DNA from: Geosiphon pyriformis uo1
Taxonomy: Eukaryota > Fungi > Glomeromycota
Length of the DNA stretch: 64,000 nucleotides
Direction of reading: 5' to 3'
NCBI GenBank assembly: GCA_016748015.1
Contig: JAAOMT010000275.1
Location: 124,001 to 188,000 of the forward strand
Part shown: positions 22,640-33,900 of the stretch, piece by piece
Layout: each line of letters opens with the position of its first letter
Position numbering within the stretch: position 1 is the stretch's first letter
Notes under the pieces: generated by a model
What the model saw: the letters and a program-made list of their open reading frames with translations, nothing else
What the model was told of the DNA's origin: nothing
Databases searched by the model: none
Made by a program: the position numbers and the translations under genes

Positions 22640-25029
22640 TGGTGTATTGTTCTTGGTATAAGATTTTGAGTTCTTGAGTTTCTCAATCTAACTTTGCATT
22701 GGCCTTGAGAAGCCAATTATTTTTGACAAAAGCTTGATATTGGGATGCATCCATGACTAAAACTTTGGCTAAAATAGTGATTCCATCAATGGTAAATGGA
22801 AAATTGTCAATTTCTCTTACTGGTGTTTTTTTCATATTATCTGCTGTAACAATTACTGTTTGGGCTGGTCTGTCAATATTTTGATTGAATTATTGCATTA
22901 ATTGGTAGGTGATAATACTTCCAGTAGATCTACTGTCTAAAATTAATTGGATAGGCTTTCTTTCTACTGTAGCTTCAGTGTACATGACAGTAATAGCTTT
23001 TTGCTTATTGACTGCTGCATTGCTAAGCAAGAATAATGATTCATTTGCTTCAAATTCGAATGGAAAAATATCTGAAAGGTTGGCATTTTGGGCAATTTGG
23101 GCTGCTGGAATGGTATTATTGGAAGGATTTGATCTTGGTGCTACAGCTTTACCTTCAGAAAGTCCAGATTGTTGAAAATCCGATCCTTTAGGCATTGTAA
23201 GATAACTGGGTTGAGTGTGATAATAATTGGATCTTTGCTGACCAGAATTTCGGAAAACCAACTGGTTATTTGGGTTAATTCTGTTGTTGTTATTTTGAAA
23301 TTGATTTTGGGGTGTAAATTGGTTATGTTGAACCAATCTTTTGGCTGGTACTTAATATTGTTAAGTGGGTGGTATTTGATATTGCTGGATTGGTAAAAGT
23401 TGCTAATATTGTTGCTGTATTGGTTGTGGAGCTGGTTGATAGTAACTATTTTGATTTTGTGGTTTTGAATAATAAGTTGGTAGTAGAGGTTGGTAATAAA
23501 ATTGTTGTAATAAAGAGTAATGTTAATTACTCCTGTTTGTTAGTCTCTCTGTAATTTTCTGCAATCTCATTTCCAGTGTCCTGAAATTCCACAATAATGA
23601 CAATTTTGAGGTTGGTTGTTGGATGGTGATCCAAAGTTATTTTGGTTATGTCATTGTGGTGATATCTTTGTGGTTGTTGCTGCTGCTGTTATTGGTTTGT
23701 AAAATAACTTTCAACCTTCTTTGTGAGTTGATCTATCTTTTCTTCAGCTGTTGAGTTAGTTTTTTCAATAGCTAGATTAACAAGTTTGGTGTGGTTTGCT
23801 TTTTCTATTGCCATTTCATAGTTCTTTGCATGTCTAATGGCAGTTGCTAACTCTTTTGAAGCATGTGGACAAACTTTCTTAATGAGTTTGTTTTTTAATT
23901 TTGCTATAAACTGATCCAAAATTTGGGCATCAGAATAGTATTTATTGGTTTTTAATTGTCAAATTCATCGAAGAAGTTTGTTGAATCTTCCAAGATAGGT
24001 CATAACAGTTTCAGATGTTTTTTGTTTGATATTGTGAAAGTGGTTTCTAAGAGTGATAGAAATGTTGTTGTCAGTGAATTGTTGTAGAAAAGCATCTTTG
24101 AATGCTTGCCAGTTTCCAAATGGTTCTTCTAAGTTTTCAAACCATTTTTCTGTGGTTCTTTGGAGAAAGTATGGAATTGCTTTGAGCATTCTTGCTGCAT
24201 TCCAACTATTTGCATCTTCTGTTTTCTGGACTTTATCAAGTCATTTTTAAGGACTGGTATTATTGTCTTTACCAGTAAATTCTGGAATCTTTGCAATGTA
24301 AGCAGTTGTTATTTCTTTTTCATTTTCTATGGTTTTTTCTTGTTCTGATTCAGTTTCTTCACTTTTCAAGTTCTTTGAATGATTACTTTCGTTTCTTTGT
24401 AGGTAATTAATAATATTGGTGCTTGTTGATATGGGTTCCTGTTGTTGAGTAGGATTTCTAGGTGACTGAAAATCTTCTGGTCTGGAAAAACAGTTAAGTA
24501 GTGAATTTGGTATTTGTGATCAAGCAAGTGAAATTGAAAATAGTGTAATAAAAAGTGGTAATTTGGTACTGGTTTCTTGTTCAGATGTTTGCAAGTGTTT
24601 GGCAGTTGTCTTTGGTAGTATTGGAGTGTTTGGAATGGTTTTTGAGTATTGTTTCACTTTTTGTTTGCCTTTGTTGCTTGTTTCTGTTTCTGATTTAAAG
24701 TCAAGAGAATATTTGGACTGTACTAGGTATTTTTCTTCACAATACTCAATAATGTTAAAATTAAGTTCTTGAAAGTAGGTAGCAAGTGTTTTACTGTTCA
24801 GATCTTCTGTTCTCAATTGTGAATAGTACACTAAATTATTGTAGAGATTGCTTTTAACTTCTGAAATATTGTAGTTTTCAAAAAAATAATTGTTAATGCA
24901 GTTTTCAATGTATTGGTATACTGATTTTTTAACAACTTCAATTCCATCTGAGATGTTGAATCTTTGCTTGCAGTGGGTGTAAATTGACTGATAATACTCT
25001 AGAGTTGTTGTGTTTGGTGTGGTCGCCAC
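22640..25029 (-). pseudogene. Element A gag and aspartic protease
   Basis: Capsid-like segment (AIPYFLQ..KWFENL..FKDAFLQQF), zinc knuckle CHYCGISGHWK*DC (~23560-23602), protease LILDSRSTGSII (decayed DSG). Confidence 0.85.
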
Positions 25030-25055
25030 TTTGAATTTGTTGTTGCTGTATTATT

Positions 25056-25072
25056 TCTGTAAGAGAACACCA
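25056..25072 (-). promoter_or_regulatory. Element A primer-binding site
   Basis: TGGTGTTCTCTTACAGA 2 nt from the 5' LTR; decayed version of the PBS in B. Confidence 0.8.
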
Positions 25073-25074
25073 AA

Positions 25075-26045
25075 TGTTATTGGAGGTTTTTGGTCTTTTT
25101 TCTTGAATGTTGTTAATGTTGATTTGCTATGAATTCACGTTTTTAGGAAGTAGTTGGACCTCCAGTAACTGAATTTATTTTCAAATTATCTCTTATAATT
25201 TGAACTACTGGGCTTATAAATGGAATGGCCAATTTCTTGTCAGTTACTTTATGTAGTTACATTGTAGTAAATTTCAACTTTTTTTCAGAAATTGCTCATC
25301 TGGAAGCTTACTAAAAATGTGTAGTTACTTTGCTGTGAAAGTCAACTTTTTTACAGGAATTTCATCTGTAAGCTACCTTAATAATTGTAATAAGAAAATA
25401 AAAAAAAAATAAAAAAAATGTAAAAGAAATAGAATTTTGTCAAGGGAAAACGTTTTCTATTCAGGCCTGGAGTCACTAACAGATTATTGAAATTGGTAGC
25501 TAATCAATTTCAAAATGTTAGTTGTGTTGAGAGAATTTCAAGTGTAATAATTTAAGAATTTGGTTTTTGAATATTTAATTTTTATTTGAATATGTAAAAA
25601 GTGATTTGTTTTAATTAAGATATCTAAAATAGGATACTATAATAAGATACTATGAAAAGATACATTTTTTGAAAAAAGAAACTCTTCTTTTATACAACTT
25701 GTTGTAGTACTAGTCTTTGAACTTGCACTTTTCTCTTTGCTATAATTTGGGTGAACTAAAGATACATTTTGGCAAACTACAAGTTATTTCACTGAACTAT
25801 TGATTATTTCGGCCAATTTTCATTAATTTCGGCGAATTTTGACTATGTTAAATGGTTCAGGATATTGTGTAATTTGATTATCTTAATTTCTAAAGTACAA
25901 ATCGGATTATTAATTAAGTAATAATATTTGGTAATTTGATTAAATAATAAGTGATAATCGAAATAATAATAATATATGCTAATTAATAATAAGAATTATG
26001 AGGGTAATTTCATGCTAATTAATAGCTAAAATTCTACTGGTAACA
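25075..26045 (-). repeat. Element A 5' LTR
   Basis: Direct repeat of 4895-5855; adjacent to PBS. Confidence 0.95.
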
Positions 26046-28320
26046 TCACCAAAAAATGTTCAAAATCAAAAAATTGCAATTCATTGAATTTTTTCTAAAC
26101 AAAAATAATGTCACTATGAGTTCTTACAAAGTAGACTTAAAATCAAATTTGTCTGTTTTGTATATAAAAGACCAAAAAAAAGCTTTGTGGAAAAAATTTT
26201 TTAAAACTTACTCAAATAGAATAAAAAAAACTTCATTTATGGAATAATTGACTAATAATATATACATTCATTATCATAAAGATCTGGATAGCTTGTGTTA
26301 AACATACAATGATTATGGTTACAAAGCATTCTTAGATTTAAAAAGACTGGTACACAGAATTTTTACTAACAAGAAAATTGGGGTTAGTATATATTGTGTT
26401 TTATAATTAATACTATTTACTTACCTAAATTTTTAGGATAATATCTTGTCACATATTAAAAAGCTATACTAATATATGAAACAAACTTATAAAAATAAAT
26501 TGACAATTAATGTTAATGATATGATATTACATGATAATTGTATCAATTATTGCTTGTTATATGCCTTTAGAAAATGTGATAAATCATATTTTTTATGTTG
26601 TCAAAGATGCCAAGAACATTTTGAATTGTTTAAATTCATAAAACCTTATGTCAGCTCAGATAAATTTTCACAGTATGCAGAAATTAGAAATAAACTTCAA
26701 TATTTTTTTGCATATTAAGTAAGAAAAGTTTATCTAAATGCACAATTCAAAGCTGCATTGAATTAGTTGAATGAAGATAGTACTATAATCATAGCAGATT
26801 ATAAAATGTGAGTATTATCTCAATCAACCAGGAAAACTAAAGAAGTATTTTTTAGCAAATAAAAATGGACTTTACATACAATTTTTGTGTTTATAAAAAA
26901 GCCTGGTGAAAATAAATTGTTCATTAGAGCTTATGACTATTGAAGTATGGATACCAAACAAAATGCTTGGTTTACAGCTTTATCATTTGAAGCTGTATTT
27001 AAAACAATATAAAAAAAACCAAAATAGATTTGCATACTTTCTGATAATAATTCTTATTATCACAATTTTCAGCTTATGGCTATCATAAGTCATTGGTTTG
27101 AATAGTATAATATATAAGTACTAGGTTGGGAGTTTCTTAAACCAGACAAGCAAAGACTATAATAGATTTATATCATGCTTTAGTAAGTAAATATAAAGCT
27201 AAATTATATTATTTCTTTACTCACACTAATTTTATCCAGATTGCCTATGTAATTAAATAATATGTATGAATTGGATTTGATATTACTAAGAGTAATGACA
27301 TTATAAAAGCCAGTCAAAACCTTGTCAGCATCTCTTTTGTGAATATAAAACCAGATTGTGGTCAAATAAGAGTGGAAAACGAGAAAAAAAGCATCTGTAA
27401 AAACTATACCAGGAATTTCTAAGTATTATTATTGGAAATAACCTACCGAGAGACTATTGGCAGATTATATTTGTGTATGGCCACTTTCACATATTGGCAG
27501 TTGGAAGAATTATTTACTAGCAGCTGTAGCAAATTTATGTAATACAGAGATTGTTAGACCAAAACTTTTTTTTTTAGAGCATATTGAAAATTTTATTAAT
27601 TGGAAGATGCAAATGTCACAGATGTTAGGTAGATCTAATCTGAAGGTTGTTTATAGCAACAATAATGTAAATAATACCAATATTATTTTTAAATTTAATT
27701 AAAAGATACTTAAAGAGTAGATGATATTGGAAATCAATCAATAATAGAACTAACTATTGGAGAGGCCAAAAAAAAATCACAAGATCAGTGTGTCTTTTTA
27801 AATTGATTCTAAATAAAATAATAAGATTGTTTAATATCAACTTCATATTTGTAAAATATAAATTAAGATACCACTGCTTTTAGTCTGAGGTAAGTCTCTT
27901 CATTGTGTTCACAAAGTCTTATATAAAATTTTAATCAAAAGAATCATAGCCTAATTGATCAAGAATATCCACTACTAAAAGAATAGGTGCTAAAACATAA
28001 TTAGAAAATAGGTGAAAAGGGAAAGGGAAAACATATGTCAAAAAAAATAAATATGTTGTTGCAAAGTTTCTTTATAACAGAAATTCAAATCTTCAAGATT
28101 ACATATTAGCAAAAAAAATGCAAGTTGAACTTATAAGATTTGTAGAATCAAGAGAGATTGTGCAAAAAGACATTCCAAAAGTGAATATAATCTAAAATTG
28201 GATTGAAAGGTTTTCTTGTGTTTTTAAAGATACTGTAAATAAACAAGCATGACAAATATTAGAAATTGGTAGAACTGAAAGTTCTTTAGGAGATACAATA
28301 GTTATAGAAAATAAATAATA
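26046..28320 (+). pseudogene. 3' part of Sola3-like DDE transposase pseudogene, with introns
   Basis: Motifs IIADYKM..RKTKEVFFSK*KWTLH, FSDNNSYYHN, FLKPDK..TII, and C-terminal (G)WVLK...NWIERFS resemble Sola3 (DWAMK..WFGK.G..WH / SDNAGCYH / GWAL). Introns GTTAGT..TTTTAG at 26383-26436 and GTAAGT..CACTAAT..CCAG at 27183-27239. TIRs not found. Confidence 0.55.
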
Positions 28321-29480
28321 AAGAAAACCATTTGCAAAATTAATACTATTCTCACCACATTTCAGTTTTCTTATTTTTGGCCATATTGTTTTCATAAAAA
28401 AACTGTTGAACATACTAATTAAGATAATAAAACAATAAATAGAAGTGTGGTTAATCATTTTTTTATGTAAGCTTGACAAACAGCTGCCAAGTTATAACAG
28501 AAAAACATTTCAATTAATTCTAGTTTACTTAACAAAAAAGAGAATGTGGGTGTAATAAAGCCAATAAAGTGTGCTATGGTTATAAGATCTTTATAAGCTT
28601 TCACATTTTTTCCAAAAAAAGGCATATTATTGACTGTGAAAATTTTGAATCATTGAATGTTGATAATTTTTATTATATGAATGAAGGCAAAAATACTGGT
28701 TTCCTATATAGCAAAAGCCATGAAAAAAAACAGAATTGCTACTATCTTGTATATGTGTTTTTATTTACCATTTTTGCAGAGGTCTGCATATTTGTATTAC
28801 TAATTGCTTTGATCAATACAGTAGCTGCTAATAATATAAAAAACTGGTGTTTAAATTAACTAATTTGTTTTATGTCTAAAAATTAAATAAAAATTTTCAT
28901 ATAGAAAGTTTTTATAAAAAAAAAAACTAATTTATTTTGTTTTATTTAAATAATAAATGCTTAATTTTATATAAATATTTTTTGTAATTAGTTATCTAAA
29001 ATTAAAATAATATTAAAAAATAATTAGTAATTCTAATAAGATAATTATTTCAAGCATATTAATAAGCTTGTTAAAGAATTTATTATTAAATTGTTAAAAT
29101 AGTTATTTAATAATTTTGACTTAAACTTAATAAAAAACTTTTGAACTATTATTAAAAAAAATATATTTTAAAATTATAATGAATTAAAAAGATTTATAAA
29201 AGAAAAATAATAAAATATTTTTGAATTTATTTTAATTAAATTAATAAGATTAATAAGTCAGTATTGTAAAATAATAATTAAAACATAGCAAAAAATTTTT
29301 TATGAATTTTTTAATAAAATTTTATGGTATTTGATTTTCTAATAATAGTTGTTTTATGTAATTGGTATATTAATTAAAATATAGTAGTTATTTTTATATT
29401 TTCAATTTTTTTCTTATTAAACTGTATATATTGTAATTTTTGTATTAAAAACCATAAAAATCTACTGATAATAAAACATT

Positions 29481-29636
29481 GTGCAGATAAGTGTGTAGTG
29501 TAGTCCTGACTGGCCCGAGTGGCTGGTTACATGTAGAAAGCGCATGATTCACTCCTAGTTTAGATCATTTGTATGATGTATAGCACTAGGTCGCATTTGG
29601 ACCTCACTCGTTAAATTAAAAAAAAAAATAAAAAAA
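29481..29636 (+). mobile_element. Extremely 5'-truncated LINE insertion (last codons of ORF2, 3' UTR and poly-A)
   Basis: GTG CAG ATA AGT GTG TAG, then the LINE 3' UTR and A-tail; flanked by 11-bp TSD AATAAAACATT at 29470-29480 and 29637-29647. Confidence 0.85.
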
Positions 29637-31103
29637 AATAAAACATTTATCTTAGATAATTGTTTAAAAAAAAACTATTATTTATAACAAACTCTAAAAT
29701 ATATAAAAATTAAAAAAAAACAAGACTTTTAAGATTTTATTACTTTTAATAATAAAATTTTAATATTTAATTTAGTTTGATTTAAGTTTAATCAAATCAT
29801 AAAATTAAACTAAATTCAAACAAAAATTTTGGCTAAATTTTTAATTTATACTTAAATTAAATTTAAAATCATTAAATCTGAACTAAATTTAAACTTAAAC
29901 AATAAATTTAGTTTAAAATTTATGAACATATTTAGATTTAATTATTAAAAATTATATTATATTATTAATTAATTTTTTTTAATGATTTTTGTATCTATAA
30001 TCGAAAATATTATATTGTTCTTATAATTTTAAGTATTAAGCAAAACATTATATTTGTAATCATATTTTTATCTGCAAAAAAAACATGTTCAAAAACAATA
30101 AATAATTTTTAAATTGCTAATTAATTATAAATTATATATATAAAACAAAAAAATTGTGTTTAATATATTTAAATATTGAATTTTTAATAAAAATAATAAT
30201 TTAAATGCAGTTTTTTAGTTAAAAAATTAGCAATTTTATTTATTAAACCATTTTTTTAATTAATTTGTGTTATTTTTTTATTGTAATATATACTGTTTAA
30301 TAGAAATTTTTTAAATAGTATTATAAATATTTAATAATATTTGTAGTTTTATAAAAAATAATTTATATACATATTTTGAAACTATATATTTAGCTGTTTT
30401 TTTTTGTTAATTTAAACTTATTAAAATAGATTTATATTTCTTTTTATATTTATTAAAAATATAAATATTTAAATATTTAAATTATTAAATTTTGTTATTT
30501 TAAATTTTAAATTTTTAGTAATATCAGATAATGAATTCATTTTAATAAATTAAAAAATAAAGTTGTTATGCATATATAATTTTATATATTTTTTTAACTA
30601 ATTATAATAATTAATGAATAAATAATATAAAAAAAATATTTTTTTTAATTTTATCAAACTTAAATAAGTTTGTAAACTTTAAATCGAATTTAAATTAAAT
30701 TCAGATTTGTCAAAAAAATTTGAATTTTAATTCAAACCAAACCTATTTTGAAAATTTAATTTGAACAGTATTCAAAATTTAATTCAGTTTAATTTATTAG
30801 ATTTTTACTGAAAAATTTAATTTAAAATCTGTAAATTTAATAATTTATATTTAAAAAACCTGTTAAAAATTTTATTAATATTAGTAATATTTATAACAAA
30901 AGTTACTTTTTTCTTTGTTTAAATCTAATTAAATGGCTTTAAATTATACAAAAACAAATAGAAAAAGCTTAATTAGCTTTTTTCTCTTATTAATCTCCTA
31001 ATCACAATAAGAGCATAAAGTAGTCAAAGAAATACAATTTTCTTTTTTTCTTTTTTTCTTTATTTTTGTAGTTATTTTTTTTAACATACTTTTATTTGTT
31101 GTT

Positions 31104-33900
31104 ATAGAATTAGTGAGCTTTTCTGCTGATAGTTTTGGCTTTGTTTTAGCTGGATTGGAGACTTGGTTTAGCACTAAAAAAAAAGTGCATGTTAAGAGTA
31201 TTTACTTACACAGTCTTTTATACAAAAAACTAAGATACTTGGTGCTTTTGATGGCATAATAGATTTATTAGCTAGACTTTTCTCTGTTGTCATGTTATAA
31301 GATAACAATAATAGTTGAAAAAAGTCTTAAAATAGTGAGATAAATAGTAAGAAAGCTAGTGTTAATAAGGAGTTAGATATTGAAAATATGAAAAACACAA
31401 TTGTAGAAGAAACAAGTTACATAGATTTTAACACTTTAGAGATTGATAATATAATAAATAATACTATTTCAAGAAAAATGAGAATAAGAACATATGTTTT
31501 TAGACAATTGCCAAAAGTGCCTTTTTTTAGAAATTTAAATGATGATAATAATAAGTTGGTGCTTTCAGCACCTAAGTTTTTGGAATCTAAAAATTGCCAT
31601 TTTCTGATTCACTGTTACTTATAAAAAAATACAAAGAAGAAAACAGATAGGAAAATAAACCAATAGGAAAATAGTACTTAAAATATAAGCAATATTAGTG
31701 AATTATGGCATACTGTTCAGTAATGTGAGCAATATCAGTAAATTAGAGCATACTGCTCAATAATGTAAACAATATTAGTAAATTAGGACACATTGCTTAA
31801 AAAAATATGAAATCTTATAAAACAAAAAATATGTATATATAGCAAGAGTGTTAGAAGCAGAAAAAACAGAATTGATCCAAAAATCCAGTTTAAAATCAAT
31901 ATTCACAACCCATTAATTATTTCATATCCTTCTTTTTAAAAGATAGTTTTCTATAAATTGAAATAAAACCAAATCATATATTAATAAAATATGAATTACT
32001 ACTTGAATCTATATTATTATTGCTTAATTAAAAAAATATTAAACATTTCTATTTTATCAATATTCTATATTAATAGAATTCATTACTTAACTACACTGAA
32101 CCAATAACTCTTAATTATGGCTATTGAAAAAATACTAATTTTTTATTTTCTTTTTATTTTTTTTTATTTTTTTTTGTTGTTTGTTAATTTACTAACTGAT
32201 TAAAAAAATTAAGTATTAAGTATTTTGATGTTAAAATAGTCTGGTAAAAGACCCAAAAATAAGGATAGAGAGTTCGAAAATTGAGAATAGCTTACCAAAA
32301 GGGCATAACTGCCAAAATAAACTAACCACTATGCTGAAAAAAAAAATTTGACAGAATAACTATTCTGAAAGATTATTAACATAACTATTAAATCTTTGTT
32401 TATTATACAAAAGACTTAACCAAAACCTTCAGATATTATTAACTATACCAGTTATTAAACACCAAGTTATAGATTTGTTATTTGTATCAACACCCTAAGT
32501 AATTACTTGTAATATTACATAATAGAAATATTAAGAGTTTTAAGTCAAAAAAATTTTTCACACTAAATGTTGAGCTTTCTGCTGTATTTAACAAGACTTT
32601 TGAAAATAAATTGTTATTTGTTATAAAAATTTTCTATTATATTGACAGTTTTGGAAAAGCATCAACTCTCTCAAAATTTCCTGGCATTATTAAATCTTTT
32701 TTTATCTCCAAATTAAACCAAAGCAAAGTAAAAAAAATGACTGTTAGTAAAAAAATTATGGTGAATATTAATATTAAGAAAGCAAACAACCATACAAATC
32801 AGAAAATTATTGTCAAAAAAATTCCAGTCAATTTTCTTAAATTGGCTGTAAAATTAGTTTTTTTTAAATTTGGTAAGATAATTTCTATTAAAATACAGCT
32901 GATTAGTCTTTGGCAAAAGACCCTAATTGAATTTGAATTATTTAAAGTCACTGGTTTGATTGTATTTGAATGGTTAGTTCTTATGAGTAAAGATTTTGTG
33001 TGAATGGTATTAGCTATTAATAATAAACAATTGTGAATATCTAGAGATTATCATCGGACTTTGTTGTATACTTTGCCTATTAGTACTACTGTTTATAATC
33101 TTATTAATCTATTGAAATCATATGATAAGAAAATCTGCTTTATTGGTCATAATCCAAATTATATGTGCATAATAGATGTGCTATAATTTGTTTTGCTGAT
33201 AAAACTTTCAAATTGGTTACTATTGGCTTAATTTCAGTTTTTAAGAATATGAATATGTATTAGACTAATCTCTTTTTGGTTTGTTGTGCTTAGTACAAAC
33301 AATTTGGTCATGTTTCTGGTGTGTGTTTGGTGGGTGGAAATTTTAATGGTTGTAGTAAATGGGTGGTCAATTCTTAAAATTAAATTTGGTTGGCAATTAT
33401 ATATAAAAAAACAAATGCTGATTGCTCATCCAGTTTCTTTTGGTGGTAAAACTTGGATACAGGTTGCTAATAGCTTCATCTCTTATGTGCTTTTGGTTTC
33501 TTCCAATGCTAGTTTATTTTTGAATACTAAATCTTTTTTGCTGGTTTTCTTAAATGTAAGTAATAAGTTTGTTATTCTTGAGTACAGTTTTATTAATCTT
33601 ACAAAGTAAATAGACAAGTTGGCTAAGAGATTAGATACACTTGGGCCAATAATTTTCCAGTCTAGCCCTGGATGTCAGTTGTTAGTGACCTTTTCATTAC
33701 AGAATTAAGAGGCAGATACAGTAATAAATAAGAGTTTGAATGCTATTACTAGTGGTGAAACTATAATAGAAGTGGTAAGTTTCAAACCTTTAGTTGTTTC
33801 AAAATTGGAAGAAACTTTGAGCAATTAGTCAAACACAATTATAGATCTGTTGGCTAAAGTGAACAATATTGAATTGGGTTCTGGTGTTTGTCTTTCTTAA
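31104..33900 (+). pseudogene. LINE 2 ORF1 (RRM-like domains, zinc knuckle, coiled coil)
   Basis: IIVKKIPVNFLKLAVKLVFFKFGKIISIKIQL (RRM-like), LLYTLP, C-A-*-YKQFGHVSGVC; split by the solo LTR at 31613. Confidence 0.65.
31613..32514 (+). mobile_element. Solo LTR related to the family B LTR
   Basis: TGTTACTTATAAAAAA start and ...CACCAAGTTATAGATTTGTTATTTG...TGTAATA end match the B LTR; TSD TCAC/TTAC. Confidence 0.85.

Larger units (their letters stand above)
4895..26045 (-). mobile_element. Ty3/gypsy LTR retrotransposon A (contains nested B and C)
   Basis: LTR pair 4895-5855 and 25075-26045 (TGTTA...TAACA); PBS at 25056-25072; PPT at 5856-5870; order gag-PR-Cys-rich-dUTPase-RT-RH-IN-ORF3; 4-bp TSD TTGC/TCAC. 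Confidence 0.93.

Noticed and set aside
28330-29460. Host genes at 28192-28479 and 28569-28859
   Set aside because: Low-complexity AT-rich translations without motifs; more likely the transposon 3' flank
29492-29612. U2 snRNA or other RNA gene (GTGTAGT resembles the U2 branch-pairing motif)
   Set aside because: The rest does not match U2, tRNA or 5S. The TAG is the LINE ORF2 stop and the same sequence ends three LINEs in the window
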